A DNA stretch of 64,000 nt, taken from assembly GCA_964016885.1 (NCBI GenBank), contig OZ024741.1:132928001-132992000 (forward strand), read 5' to 3'. Below, piece by piece: positions 40,353-53,832 of the stretch. The DNA comes from Eledone cirrhosa. Taxonomy: Eukaryota. Made by a program: the position numbers and the translations under genes. Every line of letters begins with the position of its first letter. Within the stretch, counting starts at the first letter, position 1. The notes beneath the pieces were generated by a model. It saw only the letters and a program-made list of their open reading frames with translations, had not been told where the DNA came from and searched no databases.

Positions 40353-41225
40353 CAGGGTGCGCAATTTTCAACTGCTAATTTTATGCAAATTGTTTTTACT
40401 TCCGTTGTCACTCTTGTCTTCATAAAAACAGTGACTATATTTCCATTATTTATTTTCAGAATAATTGATTATGAATAATTTGAACCTCCAAATTTGTGGA
40501 AGAGACACGGAGTTCTTGTTGGAATCCGCGTCGGGAGGACAAATAAGACCAGAAGATCAAAACTCAGAACAACAGGTGGCTCGCTGTCTCATCCAAAGAC
40601 GTGCCCAGTGTCATGCAGACAAAGTTTCCAGCGACAACATTGGTCTTAGGTGTCGTCAGCAGTCAAGGTGACGTCATGCCACCTCACTTCTTCCCTGAGG
40701 GCCTCAAACTGAACACCGATGGCTACATCCGCGTTCTGAGCGAGGTAGTAAAGCCCTGGATCGACCAGGTAGCTGCAGGTAGGCTGTACGTGTGGCAGCA
40801 AGACTCAGCGCCCTGCCATACCAGCCAAAAGACCCAAGCCTGGCTGTCAGAGAACTTCGTCGACCACACTTCACTTGACATCTGGCCTCCCAGCTCGCCT
40901 GACTGCAACCCCCTCGACTTCGTTGTGTGGGGCGCAGTGGAACGAGATACCAACAGATCTAGCTGCAATACGAAAGATGATCTGAAGGCCAGGATCACAA
41001 GTGCCTTTAGGGGCCTAAGTCGGGAGACAGTGACGAAGGCCTGTAACCGGTTCCGAGGCCGCCTTGAGGTCGTCATCAAAGCCAATGGCGGGTTTATCGA
41101 GTGAGATTGAAAGAACAAGTCATGAAGACAAACTGACCCAAGTTTGATAAATAAATCTTAAAAAATAAAACTACTGTGTTATTTTTTCCTAGACAGTAAT
41201 CTTGCGAACAAATATCGTCCGCACC

Positions 41226-41228
<3 letters not shown>
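40353..41228 (+). mobile_element. Tc1/mariner DD37D (maT) element, internally deleted
   Basis: TA|CAGGGTGCG ... CGCACCCTG ends; ORF 40601-41104 has WQQDSAPCH...WPPSSPDCNPLDF with 37 residues between the last two catalytic Asp. Confidence 0.88.
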
Positions 41229-41286
<58 letters not shown>

Positions 41287-42173
41287 TAATATATATATAT
41301 ATATATATATACAACCGCATGTGGTTGATGGCTGAGAGAAAGAGAACTCAATACCGAAGTAGAGTTTAAATATACATTTTATTATGGCTAGATAGTGAGT
41401 CTTGTTACTCTGGAGTTTCGCCTGTTTATCACAGAGTAATAAGACTCACAATTTAGCCTTCACAAAATATATTTCAATACATATCTTTCTTGGCTCAGTA
41501 CTTTCAAGAAAAACATGTGATTTATACACAAGGATATATGGTATATATGTGTTTATGTATAATATATAAATCTTTTTCTTCTCTTCGTCTTTACCCACTT
41601 ACTCCTGAGAGGGTTGTGGGGGCAAAGTCCTCAAGCCCACCTGCCAGTGGGTCCTGTCAAAAGCAACCAGCACCAATTGATCCAGCTAGATACCAAAGTG
41701 AGACCAGCCAAGCTCATGGATGTTATCGAACCATCTCGCTTGTTGTCTACCTCTGGGTCTCCTGCCGGTTGTTTTCACCCATAAAAGCGATGCTTTCCTT
41801 AACCAAAAGCCACACACATTTTATTATCCTCCTCTCTTTGATGATGTTATCAAAATTGTCTTAATACTTCCTCCCACACGTCTATTTGCCATGCTTGCAT
41901 GAATTTGACAGCTCCCCTGTGCTGAGGTCAGACCAGCCAAGTGACTAGGTCCGGCTAATACACTTTGTTTTGGCTTGGTATCTACATCTGAATACCCTTC
42001 CTAATGCCAACTGCTTTGCAGCATGACTCCAACACTACCACCTCACAGGTGGACTGGGTGCTTTTTGTCATGGCATCAGCACTACTCCTTACAAATTGAT
42101 TGAGTGCTTTTGTAGTGTATGGTTAATATTTAAATAAAAGTGTTCCATCGTGATTTTATTTAAGAACCTTTAA

Positions 42174-42342
42174 CCCATTAGCATTTAAACAGGCCATATA
42201 CGGCCAGAATTCTCTCACCTCTCTCTGTTCAAACTGATTTATGTTAAGGTATTGTTCTCAAAATAAATAATATGAAAATCTCATAGAAAGAGATACCGTG
42301 AAAATACAATAGTAAATATAGAGTAATGTAGATGCTAAAGGG
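42174..42342. mobile_element. piggyBac-like MITE (third copy)
   Basis: TTAA|CCCATTAGCATTTA ... TAGATGCTAAAGGG|TTAA. Confidence 0.8.
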
Positions 42343-44022
42343 TTAAGTTGTGCTCCGAATACCAGCAGTATATTACTAAAATCATTTTCAAAGACACAAA
42401 AGACAGCATGTGAGTCTGTGCATGTGTATAAGAGCATGGTACATTCTATCAAGAAATACTCGATAGGGAACGATAGTTGTAGTATAGACACACACTACTG
42501 CTGAAAGAGACTGCTAACTTTCATTGTTTAAAATCCATACCTAATGACACTGCCAAAAGCATGCAAGATACAACATATTCATCTTTTAGTTTACCTCCAA
42601 AGTACTGCGGAATGTGCTCAGTGATTTCAGGACTATTCTCCAGGGAACTATACAAGGAATCTACTTAACATGAATTCTGGTTTGTTTGTTTACCCAGTGA
42701 AATTATATTCACACAGGATTTAAGCAGTTTTCTCTCTAGTACAGAGGACAATAGTTAGGAAGTCTAAAGCTAAAAATAGTGTTTTAATCAAAAGATACAA
42801 ACAACAAAAACAAATATTTTTATCACCTTCACTTCTACACAAAGACCTGGAACAAATATGCAAAGCATTAACGACCATCTTAATGAATACACGTGCATAT
42901 ATACATACATATACACATACATATATATGTACATACATATATTTGTACAATACATACATATATTTGTATATACATACATACGTATGTATATACAAATATA
43001 TGTATACATACATACGTACGTATGTATGTGTGTGTGTATATATATATATATATGACTAGCAGTAAAGCCCGGCGTTGCTCGGGGCTGCTCAATAGCTGTG
43101 TTAAAGTTACAATGTTAAGTTCCTTTCTTGGCTTAAAAACTGTAGAGTCTACAGTGTAGACTTTCATGTAGGTACTTTTGATTAATATTCCCTCAACCAA
43201 CAGTATGCCTTATGAAGTTAAGAAAACATAACCATAACCCAAATGTTAAAACAAAAGGGGATACTGGGGATAAAAATTGCTGGTAATCTATTAACAAAAA
43301 TCGAAAATGTAAACATTGCAACACTTGTCTCAGAGAAAAACATCAGCGTAACCAAACTATCAGTTATTTTGAAACAAAGAAATTGGATGGACATGAAAAA
43401 CAAAAAGAAAATGCGTTATCCGAAGTCGAGGGGGCAGGCAGCATCAAAGAGGTTCGCACCTGTGATAACAAATATTGACAATGTAATAGCATAGATGTTT
43501 AAGTATAAACTATGAAGAGCTCATAACATACCCATGGTGAGTTTGATGGGCAGATTATAGACAGCCACACCATGTGAAATGGACAGCTGCAGCAAAAGCC
43601 ATATTCACCAAAAAGAATCGCTGAAATCAACAAAACAGAAAGGCTTCTTCCATTGCATCTTCACATGCAATTGAGAATGATGACGAAAGTTTACTTCGAC
43701 GCACCAGAAATGCTGTTGTTGCATGTTGTCTAGGTCGGAATGCATATTGAAACAATGAAAGAAATGACGGGAACAATCTTTGTATGTATGCGCCAAGTTG
43801 TGTATGTCTATGTATTAAACGCCTGACTTGTCAGTGAGTGGAGGGAGCGTCCTTAACAATCGAAAGAATCGATTTCAGAGTCCGCTTTGATTTGCGAGCA
43901 ATGCTGGTCCCTAGAGGCCTAGGTGTCAATAGAATGCACTGCATCGATGTTGAATACAGGTTTCGTAGACGCTATATATTTAAGGCAGTCGGTGTAACAT
44001 TGCTGTTTTGAACCAAAAAACC

Positions 44023-46350
44023 CTATAAAACCTCACGGTATACAATATTCTTTGTTTTTCCGTTTGGAGCAAAAGCAAAGAGGTTGTTCCGGCTGCCAAC
44101 GCGAGAACATCCAACGTAGAATTGTCCATGTGAAAAACATGGCTCCTCCAGATGAAGTCCTGCCACAGATAAAGTCTGACCCTGGGACTTGTTGATGGAC
44201 ATAGCAGCACGAAGGGGAAATTGAGTTCTTTTAAAAGAATAGGGTGCATCCACTCCTGATGTAGTAAGAGTTACCGTAGGTATTAAAACATCTCCTTTTC
44301 CACACTCCGACATATTCGTAGCATAAATAATGTGCTGTGACATCCTATTGACAAGGCGTGTACCATTGCAAAGCTTGGGAGGGGTTATATTTCTTTGAAG
44401 TATAACTGGACATCCTTCCTTGAGAGACAAAATATGTTGAGGTAGACCGGGAATATCCAATGAATTGAGGAATTCAATGGGATAATTGACCGCGTGGATC
44501 GATAATTGACATGTGGATCAACATTGGTATCAATAGACTTAAAAGTCTTATCATTTCCAGGAAGACTTTCAAGCATTTGGCGATTAATGGCGGAGACAGT
44601 GATGTTTGTAGGAGCTAATATAGCCCTCTCACACAGCCATGTATGATTGCGGTAATTATCTGCCAAGTTGGGAAAAACGGCTGCCTTGAGATCTTCGACA
44701 GTGTTAACCAGACAGCATATATTGTCGAGTGCAATGTCTCCATGCACATCTGAAGGTACTTTGCCGTTGCCAAAAATGAGAAGGTCTTCAGCAAATTTTT
44801 CAGACACAGTATCGCCATGCAGTTAAACACACGTTAGTGGTCAGACGAAGTGTTATTACCTGTTGCCACAATGGAGAAGACTTCAGGCAGGCCCGAACTT
44901 GATCCGCTCTGGTGCCCTTTGGAATAACCGGCTAAGTTTGTCGAAAGTTCCCTGAAAGCAAAAGAGTTACACCCCCCCCTCCCACCCCCATGGTCTCCTG
45001 ACAGTCTCTAATGTCTTTCACTGTTCTATCTAAGGCCTTAATAGCTCCTTTGTGAGTCATGGTGCATTCATCCCACACAATCAGTTGGCACCGTCGTAGC
45101 AGTTCTGCTCTCAGACTATCCTTGGTGATGTCACAGAGCGGTGTGGCAGCTGATACCAAGTTAAGCGGAAGCTTAAAGGTAGAGTGTGTTGTCCTGCCAC
45201 CAGGAAGTAGTGTTGCTGCAATACCGGATGATGCAACAGCTATTGCGATAACTTCATTCTGTCTACTTTGGCAAGAAGTTTAGTAACAAAGGTTTTTCCA
45301 GTGCCTCCAGGGGCATCAAGAAAGAAGATACAACCCCATTGATGAAATACATAGTCAGTGATAATGTTGTATGCAAATTGCTGATCGGGAAGTAGTTTTG
45401 GTTCCATTTCAAACACATATCTAGCTAGAGTGTCGACATCATAAGATGTTTCTTGGATGATGAGAGTTGGAATTTTATTAGAATCAGTGCCATAAGGAAA
45501 ATCCTGTCCTCTATGTCTATAAGCCCTTTATTGTATAAATCATCACTGAAATCTACTTCTATGTCAGGAAGTAGTAGTTGAGCCTGGTGCAAGAAGTCCT
45601 CAGACAGTTGGTTCCAAAACTTCAACCATAATGTGTAGAGATCACAAATGTTACATAAGTGAAGAAACTTTGCAAAGAGCTCTCGTAGGCTTCCAGCTGA
45701 GTGTGATGAAGCGATCTCCGCCAAGGTTGCATCCCATCGTGAGTCATCTTCAAGCATTCCACAAGCCAAACAGGCATCTCTGTATGTAGACTAAACACGA
45801 TTACCGTAAGTTCTGAGGTCCTAAAAACTGGTCGGTCCTTTGACCTCATGCAGTAGCATTCGAAGATAGAAGCACTCATGTTGATTTGGAGGAATCGTAT
45901 ACACTCGCCCCAAGCAATTAGTGAATTTGATCATGGGAATTCCAATAACTGGTTGGCCAGTCTTTCTTCGACTCCATGTTTATTTTATTCCATGTGTAGT
46001 ATGATGGCACCTGAGGATACAGCAATGATTTTGCGAAGTCATCGTATTCGCACAGTTTGAAAAATCCAGTTAAAGTTGTCTCCCTTGGGGTCTGTGCCAA
46101 TTCAGCAGCATTTTTGTTGGTATAGTACATCCGTTGACCGTGTTCTAGGTGTACATCTAATTTTACAATTAAAGGGTGCCTATCATGTATTGAAAACTGA
46201 AGATTCGCCAAAAGTCCTCACTACTACTTATGTAACGCCCTACTTGGAATAATGTTACTTCGTCTCTATTGTTTTCGTTGAGTATACCAAACGAAGCAAC
46301 GTCAGAACCCTTATTAACATACTTACATATGTATTTGATGCACTTGACTG
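44023..46350 (-). pseudogene. Helitron RepHel pseudogene (Rep C-terminus plus PIF1-type helicase)
   Basis: Fragments YICKYVNKG, LDVHLE, FLDAPGGTGKT, IVWDECTM, SGNFRQ, AMSINKSQGQTL, HGQFYVGCSRV, TKNIVYREVL. Confidence 0.9.
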
Positions 46351-46730
46351 TCTGTCTGCACAAATTCATCGCCTATATCAACACTCTGCATGACTGTCTG
46401 CCAGCACAACTTTATCACCTATATCACCTCTCTGCACGACTGTCTGCCAGCACAACTTTATCACCTATATCACCTCTCTGCAAGACTGTCTGCCAGCACA
46501 ACTTTATCTCCTATATCACTTCTCTGTACGACTGTCTGTCTGCATGTCTATCATCTATCAGCCCGACTGTCTGTCTGCACAACTTTATCGCCTATATCAC
46601 TTCTCTGTACAACTTTATCGCCTATATCACCTCTCTGTACAACTTTATCGCCTATATCACCTATCTACACTACTGTCTCTCTGTAAAACTTTATCGCCTA
46701 TATCACCTCTCTACACGACTGTCTGTCGTT
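46345..46730. repeat. Minisatellite inside Helitron 1 (30- to 48-bp units)
   Basis: ACAACTTTATCGCCTATATCACCTCTCTG(CACGACTGTCTG) about 8 times. Confidence 0.88.
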
Positions 46731-47533
46731 TAAAATCATTGCTTCTAAATGAAAATATCATAAGCCTTTATTCGAGATCAATGCTTTTTTTACAAAAATA
46801 TTTGCTTGTTTTACGGTATATTCAAATAGGTTTGTTTTCAAGTAAAAATATTATTTTAAAAGACTTTTTAATGGAAATGACACAAAATGGAAGCTTAATG
46901 TTGAACCTTCGAACTCATGAATTTTGCAGGTTAAAATTTTGCTGGTCCGAAAACTGTTCGCGTATTTTTGTACTTTTGCACACGTTGTTTATTCTTAATG
47001 TAAATAGATAGACGGAATGACACCATAAAAGGGAAACAACTCGTCTCTCATCGCTGTTTATACATTTGAACTGAAAAATCAATACATTACAAATTCGATT
47101 TTTGCACTTGCCGTGGGTCGATTTGAAAATTTTTTTGACCGATGTCTCTGCCGGACCTTCATCTATAAGTGTAGCAATTTCACCAAAATTTGAACGTACG
47201 GTTTAGGAGGAGATGTGTGCCGACCGTTTTAGCAGACAGACAGACAGACAACCTCAGTTTTATATATAGAGATATACGGAGGCCATCTGTCACAGGGATG
47301 ACATCACTGGCAGAGCGACCTCCGTATTAATTCTTTGTTTATATTTTACTGTAACTCAGTAGAGATTACTGAACTAAATCTTTTATGTTCATTACATCTG
47401 ATGACATTGTCAATCGTATTGCGTTCTGATCTGATGATGTGAGCCAGCCATAGAAATACATATTATGTAATTGTGAAACATTAAAAGAATATATTGGAAT
47501 CTGGCTTTCTATTTTCATTGAAACATATATATA

Positions 47534-50500
47534 CTAGCAGTTTAGCCCGGCGTTGCTCGGGTTTGTTCATTTGCTATGAAAAGTTACATACAGGTAAACG
47601 TGGCTTGAAAGCGAATAAGCTTATCAATTAAGTGCATAAAGCAGTTGAACCGGTTATTAAAAGTTACGAACCAATTAGCATTTTGGACAATCAATGATGG
47701 GTTAATAATCTTCCAATAGCGAATTTAGTAGACCAAAGTTGCAAGATGGTGGCCCTGATGCCACTGGGTGTCAGATCTGTCCGCCATGGGTGACCCAACC
47801 AATTTTCCAGACGGCATAGCTCCAGCACCTCCAACACCTGCACCAACACCTATAGCACCTCTTTGTAGACGATATTGCGTGTCATCCCTTGAGGAGTGTA
47901 AGCAAAAAGTCCATTCCTGCTCCCTACACGGAAACAGGCAACATAAAGTTGGCCATGGGAGAAGCATGGCTCCCCCAAATGGATGCCCGCCACCGACAAT
48001 GTTTGCCCTTGTGACTGGTTAATGGACATGGCAAAACATGGTCTTACCGGAAATTGGGATCGCCGGAAATCGAACGGGATATCTGAGGCCGAGGGGTAAA
48101 GGTTCATCCTTGGAATGAAAACATTCTCCCCTCTCCCGCACCCTGTTACAATGGTGGCCTCAATCAAAGTGGGGCGTCAGGGACTTGACGACCATGTGAA
48201 TACCGTTGCACTGCTTTGGTGGACGCAATTTCCTTATTAGCATAATGGGACAGCCAACCCTAAGCTTAAGAATGTGAGGTGGGAGCCCGGGGGGCTCAAG
48301 GGAATTTAATAACCCAACCGGATAATTAACGATATCGTCGGGGTCTGACGTCCAGTCGATAGATTTGAAGATGTGCTCTTTACCGAGATTCTTCTCAATC
48401 AGCTGCTCATTAATAAAATTAACCATGGTATTTTTCAGAGCAAGGATGGCTCTTTCGCTGAGCCAATCAAGGTTTTTAAAGTTAAATGAGACATTAGGAA
48501 AAACTGCTTCCCAAAGGTCAGAAGGGCTGTTCACAATGTTGCACAGGGAGTCAATTGCGATGCTGCCCTTGTCATCCGCAGGGACCTTGCCCTCACCAAT
48601 GCTAAAATGTTCTGAGCAAATGCTGCAGACATGTTCTCACCATGCAAATGAGCACGCATATTTGTGCTCAGGTACAAACTCTTCACCTGGAGCCACAACA
48701 TGGACGACTTAAGGCAGGCACGCACTTCATCAGCTCTTGTCCCTTTGGGGATGACAGGCAGCATTTGCCGAAAATCCCCTGATAGCAGAAGGGTTACGCC
48801 ACCCATAGGAGCCGTAGAATCCCTAATGTCTTTCAGGGTCCTGTCCAATGCCTCAAGGGCACCCTTGTGTGCCATTGAGCACTCATCCCAAACAATGAGG
48901 CAACATAATTTGAGAACCAGAGCTTCGTGTGAACTCTTGCTGATATTGCATGTTGGTGTCTCAGTTTTTACTAAATCCAAGAGGAGTTTAAAGGTTGAAT
49001 GTGCTGTCCTGCCTCCCGGCAGCAAAGTAGCAGCGATCCCAGACGATGCAACGGCCAACGCAATTTTTTTCTTCTGATGAATCTTAGCGAGAATCAATTT
49101 CGTTACATAAGTTTTTCCGGTACCCCCAGGAGCATCAAGAAAGTAAATACCCCCAGTCTGATTTTGAACCACGTCAATGATAGTTAAATAGGCCAACCTT
49201 TGGTCCGACAGAAGTTTGGGCTCATTTTCCTCTAAGTATTGGGAAAGAGATTCGATGTCAAATGCTGTTTCCTGCAACAAATCAGGGGCCAACGTGTTAG
49301 CTTCTTCTCTGACGGTTGACGGCAAGCCATACATCGCCAACTCACTCCCACCCATGTTGAGGAGGGCGTCCTCGATATCAATGAGTGCCCTGTTGTAGAT
49401 AATGTTGCTGTAACCAACTTCCACTGAAGTATACTGCAGATGAGCTAGGCGCAGGAAGTCCTCAGACATGAAGTCTCTGTACTTGACCCATAAAGATTTG
49501 GGATCACCCAATTCACACTTTTGAAGCAAAATGGCAAAAATTTCCCGTAGACCTTTAGGTGATTTCAACAGCACCCTCTGCTAAAGTGGAATCCCATTGC
49601 GAATCATCTTCCAAAAGACCACGCTTAAAGCAGGCTTCCCGGTACGTATCACATATTTCTCCATCAACAGTTTTGAGGTCTTGAAAACTTTGTGGGCCTA
49701 CAACTTCATGCAGAAGAAGGCGGAAATGAAAGCACTCATGCTGACTTGGGGGCACAGTGTAAATCCTTCCAAGACAGCTGTCAAATTTTACATCAGGATG
49801 TCTTTCAACAGCCTGACCTGACTTTCTTTGCACCCAAGTGTTTTTCGACCATATAAAGTAGGATGGAACCTGGGGGTACACAATTGTTTGCGCAAATGTA
49901 TCGAACTGGCAAAGTTTGAAGAAACCCGTCAGAGTGGTCTCTTTCGGATCGGCGGCCAACTTGGTGGCGGTTTGGTCCGTAAAGTAAACCCTTTGCCCAT
50001 TTTCCAAATGTACCGCAAGCTGTACGATGGTGGGGTGCCGTTGGTGTAGGGGTAAACCAAATAGGCGCCAAAAAGCTTCATTGCTACTGATGACCTCGTC
50101 CCTGCTATTTTCAGCTTGAAATGCGAACATTGCGGCATCAGAGCCCTTATTTACATATTTGCATATGTATTTTATCGACTTGACGGAGTTGCAAAACTCA
50201 ACGTTGATGTGGTCCCTTACTGCCCGCGTCTTCAAGAGAAGTGGGCAGTAAGGGACCACCCATCTATTGTCAACTTGACCTCCCTTTACTGTTGTGGTGA
50301 AGCCACCATTCTCGGGCCGTCTCCGCCTGTACAGGGGGTACTTGTCGCCACTAGTCTGAGTCTGGTCAACAAATTTTTGGGGGTATCCCTTACTGCACGA
50401 CCCCCCTTTCAGACACGTGTGATGCCCATTAGGACCCGACGCACACGGACCATGTTAGCATTGACGATGTCATGTAATTCCTGGTCAGTTGCTGGGTTAG

Positions 50501-51228
50501 GGATTTCAGCCGAAATGAAGCTGTCTATGGCATTTGAATTGATTTTATCAGCTAACCAAATCAAAATGTGAGCATGTGGCAGCCCTCGTTTTTGCCATTC
50601 GACGGTGAACATGTCACATTTTACAGCCCCAAATACCTGACCCTTTTTGATTAAAGCCATGAGTTTAGCCAGTTCCAATCTGAACACTCTGGCAATGAGG
50701 TCATGTCTGTTCGAATAATTTTGCCCAGGAAAAAGTTCACGGGTTACATTCCGATTCATATGTCTATAGCATTAATCTGTTATATGAAATGTTATTTTGC
50801 GGGTTGTTATTTGCAATAAGCCGATTGAAAATGCCCCAGATAAGCCGTATGTCAATACGGAACGCTCCACTGCAGTGTTGTCATATAGGGAGTGAAGAAC
50901 GACAGAGAGAGTAAAGCAGTTAAATTATAGAGAGAGGGAATATACGGAATGCTCCATTTGATCATAAACATTGTTTCTCTCTCTGCAGTATTGTCATATA
51001 GGGAGTGAAGAGCAACAGAGAGAGTAAAGCAGTTAAATTATAGAGAGGGGGAATGATCATGATCGATTTTTGCCCTTATTGTTGATGGATTTGAAATTTT
51101 TTTGCTTCATGACCTTTTCCTGACCAAAGGCTATAATTGTCCCGACTTTGAATAGAATCCGTTGGAAATTGTGGACGTGCATACATTACAAACCTTAACA
51201 CACACATCCTCAGCTGTATATATATAGA
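47534..51228 (-). mobile_element. Helitron 2 (distinct family; both termini present)
   Basis: Minus 5' A|TCTATATATATACAGCTGAGG; 3' CCCGAGCAACGCCGGGCTAAACTGCTAG|T. Confidence 0.92.
47850..50759 (-). pseudogene. Helitron RepHel pseudogene (HUH Rep plus PIF1 helicase), N-terminally deleted
   Basis: VEWQKRGLPHAHILIWL (HUH), KYICKYVNKG, FLDAPGGTGKT, IVWDECSM, SGDFRQ, FAMSINQSQGQTL over about 6 frameshifted ORFs. Confidence 0.93.
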
Positions 51229-51604
51229 TAAAGCTCAATATTCTGAGATCAAACTTTAAACTTTGCTGCATTTCCCCAAAGTTTTCTTCCATTATTTACA
51301 TACATTTACATACATATTTCCACAACCACCTTCCCACTCAGCAGCCTTCCTCCATTTCTATTACAAATCCATATCAATGCACTCACCACTCATTTTTCTA
51401 TGTCCACACCAATTCCATAAAAAAAAAACAGGATGACTTAGAAATACTATAAATTTAACTCATTAAGAGTTTCCGGACTAATTAAACAAAAAGTGGTTCT
51501 TGTTAAATGTCTGCAACAATACAAACCTGATCCTGCATAAATACCTAGATATTTCTTGAATAGTGGTATTTCTGATTACTTTGGAGTTATACAAATTAAT
51601 AGAT

Positions 51605-52452
51605 GGCATACGTCAAGACGGGCGGTCTCAAAAGTGAAACTAATTTTTGACAGATACGATTGTGAACTTGTTTGTTTTTTTAATAGTGAAAGTATAATGC
51701 AGACACACGCAATTGTATGGATTTCTTAATATATATATGTGTGTGGGTGTGTATATGTGTGTATATATATGTGTGTGTATGTATATATATATATGTGTGT
51801 GTGTATGTATATATATATATTTATGTGTGTTTGTATATATATATGTGTTTGTGTCATCATCATCGTTTAACGTCTATCTTCCACGCAAGCATGAGTTTAG
51901 ATGTATATATATATGTTTGTGTGTATATATGTGTTTCTGTGTATATATATGTGTGTTTGTGTGTATATATATGTGTCTGTATATATATATATGTGTATGT
52001 ATATATATATTTATGCACACATACACATTTGTATGAATTTGTAGATGTATATATATATGCATGTGGCATAACAAATTCATACAAATGTGTATGTGTGCAT
52101 AAATATATATATACATACACATATATATATATACAGACACATACACAAACACATATATATACACAAACATATATATACGTCTAAACCCATGCTTGCGTGG
52201 AAGATATATGTTTGTGTCATCATCATCGTTTAACGTCTATATATACAAACACACATATATATATATATACATACACACACACATATATATATACACACAT
52301 ATACACACCCACACATATATATATATATTAAGAAATCCATACAATTGCGTGTGTCTGCATTATACTTTCATTATTAAAAAAACAAACAAATTCACAATCG
52401 TATCTGTCAAAAATTAGTTTCACTTTTGAGACCGCCCGTCTTGACGTATGCC
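51605..52452. mobile_element. Fold-back (whole-length palindromic) non-autonomous element with 9-bp TSD, Mutator-like
   Basis: ~125-bp near-perfect complex TIRs starting GGCATACGTCAAGACGGGCGGTCTC; TTAATAGAT duplicated at 51596-51604 and 52453-52461; inversion continues through microsatellite arms to a centre near 52055. Confidence 0.88.
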
Positions 52453-52669
52453 TTAATAGATTTTCATTTCTTTATTAATCTATTTACTAACAAATATACT
52501 TCCAATTACTATATCACACACACATATGTATATATATATATACACACACACACACATAAATAAATATACATACACACACACACACATATACACACACATA
52601 TACACACACATATATACACATACATACATATACACATACATACATACATATACACACCCTCATTCTCAT

Positions 52670-53035
52670 CAGCAACTGCAATTTATGTCAGTTTTTCCAT
52701 ATTTGCATGGGCTGTACAACTATTTTCCATCACAGCATCCATCCACACACCACAGTTCTTCATCATCTCTCTCTGAGCTTTGGCAACTTAATATCAGCTT
52801 GCAAAACTTTCTTGGTCTGCAGCAGCTTCCTTCCACTGAGATTTCTTGGCACTTCTTCACCCAACAATCATCATCCATACACATCACATGCCCAAACCAA
52901 TACAGTCTTCTCTCCTGCACACTACATCTGATTCCTCTGATACCCAGCTTTTCTCTCAGCTCATCCATGCTTTGTCAATCATACGTATTAATATTACGCA
53001 TTCATTGAAGCAAGCTAGCTTCATTTTCTCCAGTT
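52670..53035 (-). mobile_element. RTE LINE 3' fragment (old)
   Basis: MDELREKLGIRGIRCSVQERRLYWFGHVM. Confidence 0.85.
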
Positions 53036-53183
53036 TCACATATGCTCTGGTGTCATGATAGAATGAACTTGGTAAAATGTGGGACCACATGTTAGAGAGA
53101 TGCAGACCCCTTGCCTGTCTTCAGTACTGACTATGAAGACCTGTTTAACCCTTTTCAGCAGGGAATACAGATGTTAAATGATG

Positions 53184-53220
<37 letters not shown>

Positions 53221-53713
53221 CTTAGTAAAGTGCAGTTACCAATCAGCATAGTAGAAATCCTAACAGGTCTACACTTGCAGCTACAGAAAATTCATATTTA
53301 ATTAAGCAATATGTAAATATAAACACATACACAAAACTCAATATATAATCTTAGCGGCATTGTGTCATGTTTTTAATGGTGCGAGTGTGTGTGTGTATAA
53401 TTAAAGATGGTATCCCAAAAGGAGTAGGGAAATAACCACAGTTCAATACTCAATATGAGCATGGTACAGACAGCATCGAAGGCCGGGAAGCCGCTAGTGT
53501 ATGTGTGTCAGAATGGGTGCAGTAAAAACCTGTTAGACCATTAGTCACCAGAGCACTTGATACATGGGGTGGTAGAGTGGGTAATATGAAGGCTATAGGT
53601 CAGTCTCATATATATATATTTGTGTGTGTGTCTGTAGTTAATGGACAAGAGAAAAGAGTACTCAATACTAAAATACAGTTTAAATATTCATATATTATTA
53701 TTATAATTAAAGC

Positions 53714-53832
53714 CAAAGCCATACCAGGAATGTACGTTACATGGTTTGGAGGACCAACATTTCAACCTGTGCAGGCAGGTTGAAATCTTGGTCCTCCAAA
53801 CCAATAAAACATACTTTCCTGGTATGGCTTTG
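53714..53832. repeat. Hairpin palindrome (MITE-like)
   Basis: CAAAGCCATACCAGGAA..GGTTTGGAGGACCAACATTTCAACCTG, short loop, CAGGTTGAAATCTTGGTCCTCCAAACC..TTCCTGGTATGGCTTTG. Confidence 0.75.

Larger units (their letters stand above)
43056..47272 (-). mobile_element. Helitron 1 (decayed RepHel; both termini present)
   Basis: Minus 5' A|TCTCTATATATAAAACTGAGG; 3' hairpin CCCGAGCAACGCCGGG then CTAG|T; no TSD; Rep motif KYICKYVNKG and PIF1 helicase motifs. Confidence 0.92.

Noticed and set aside
47395-47485. CTGATGA..GAAA hammerhead-like motif in the inter-Helitron spacer
   Set aside because: Stem II is plausible, but stem I cannot form and the cleavage triplet geometry fails
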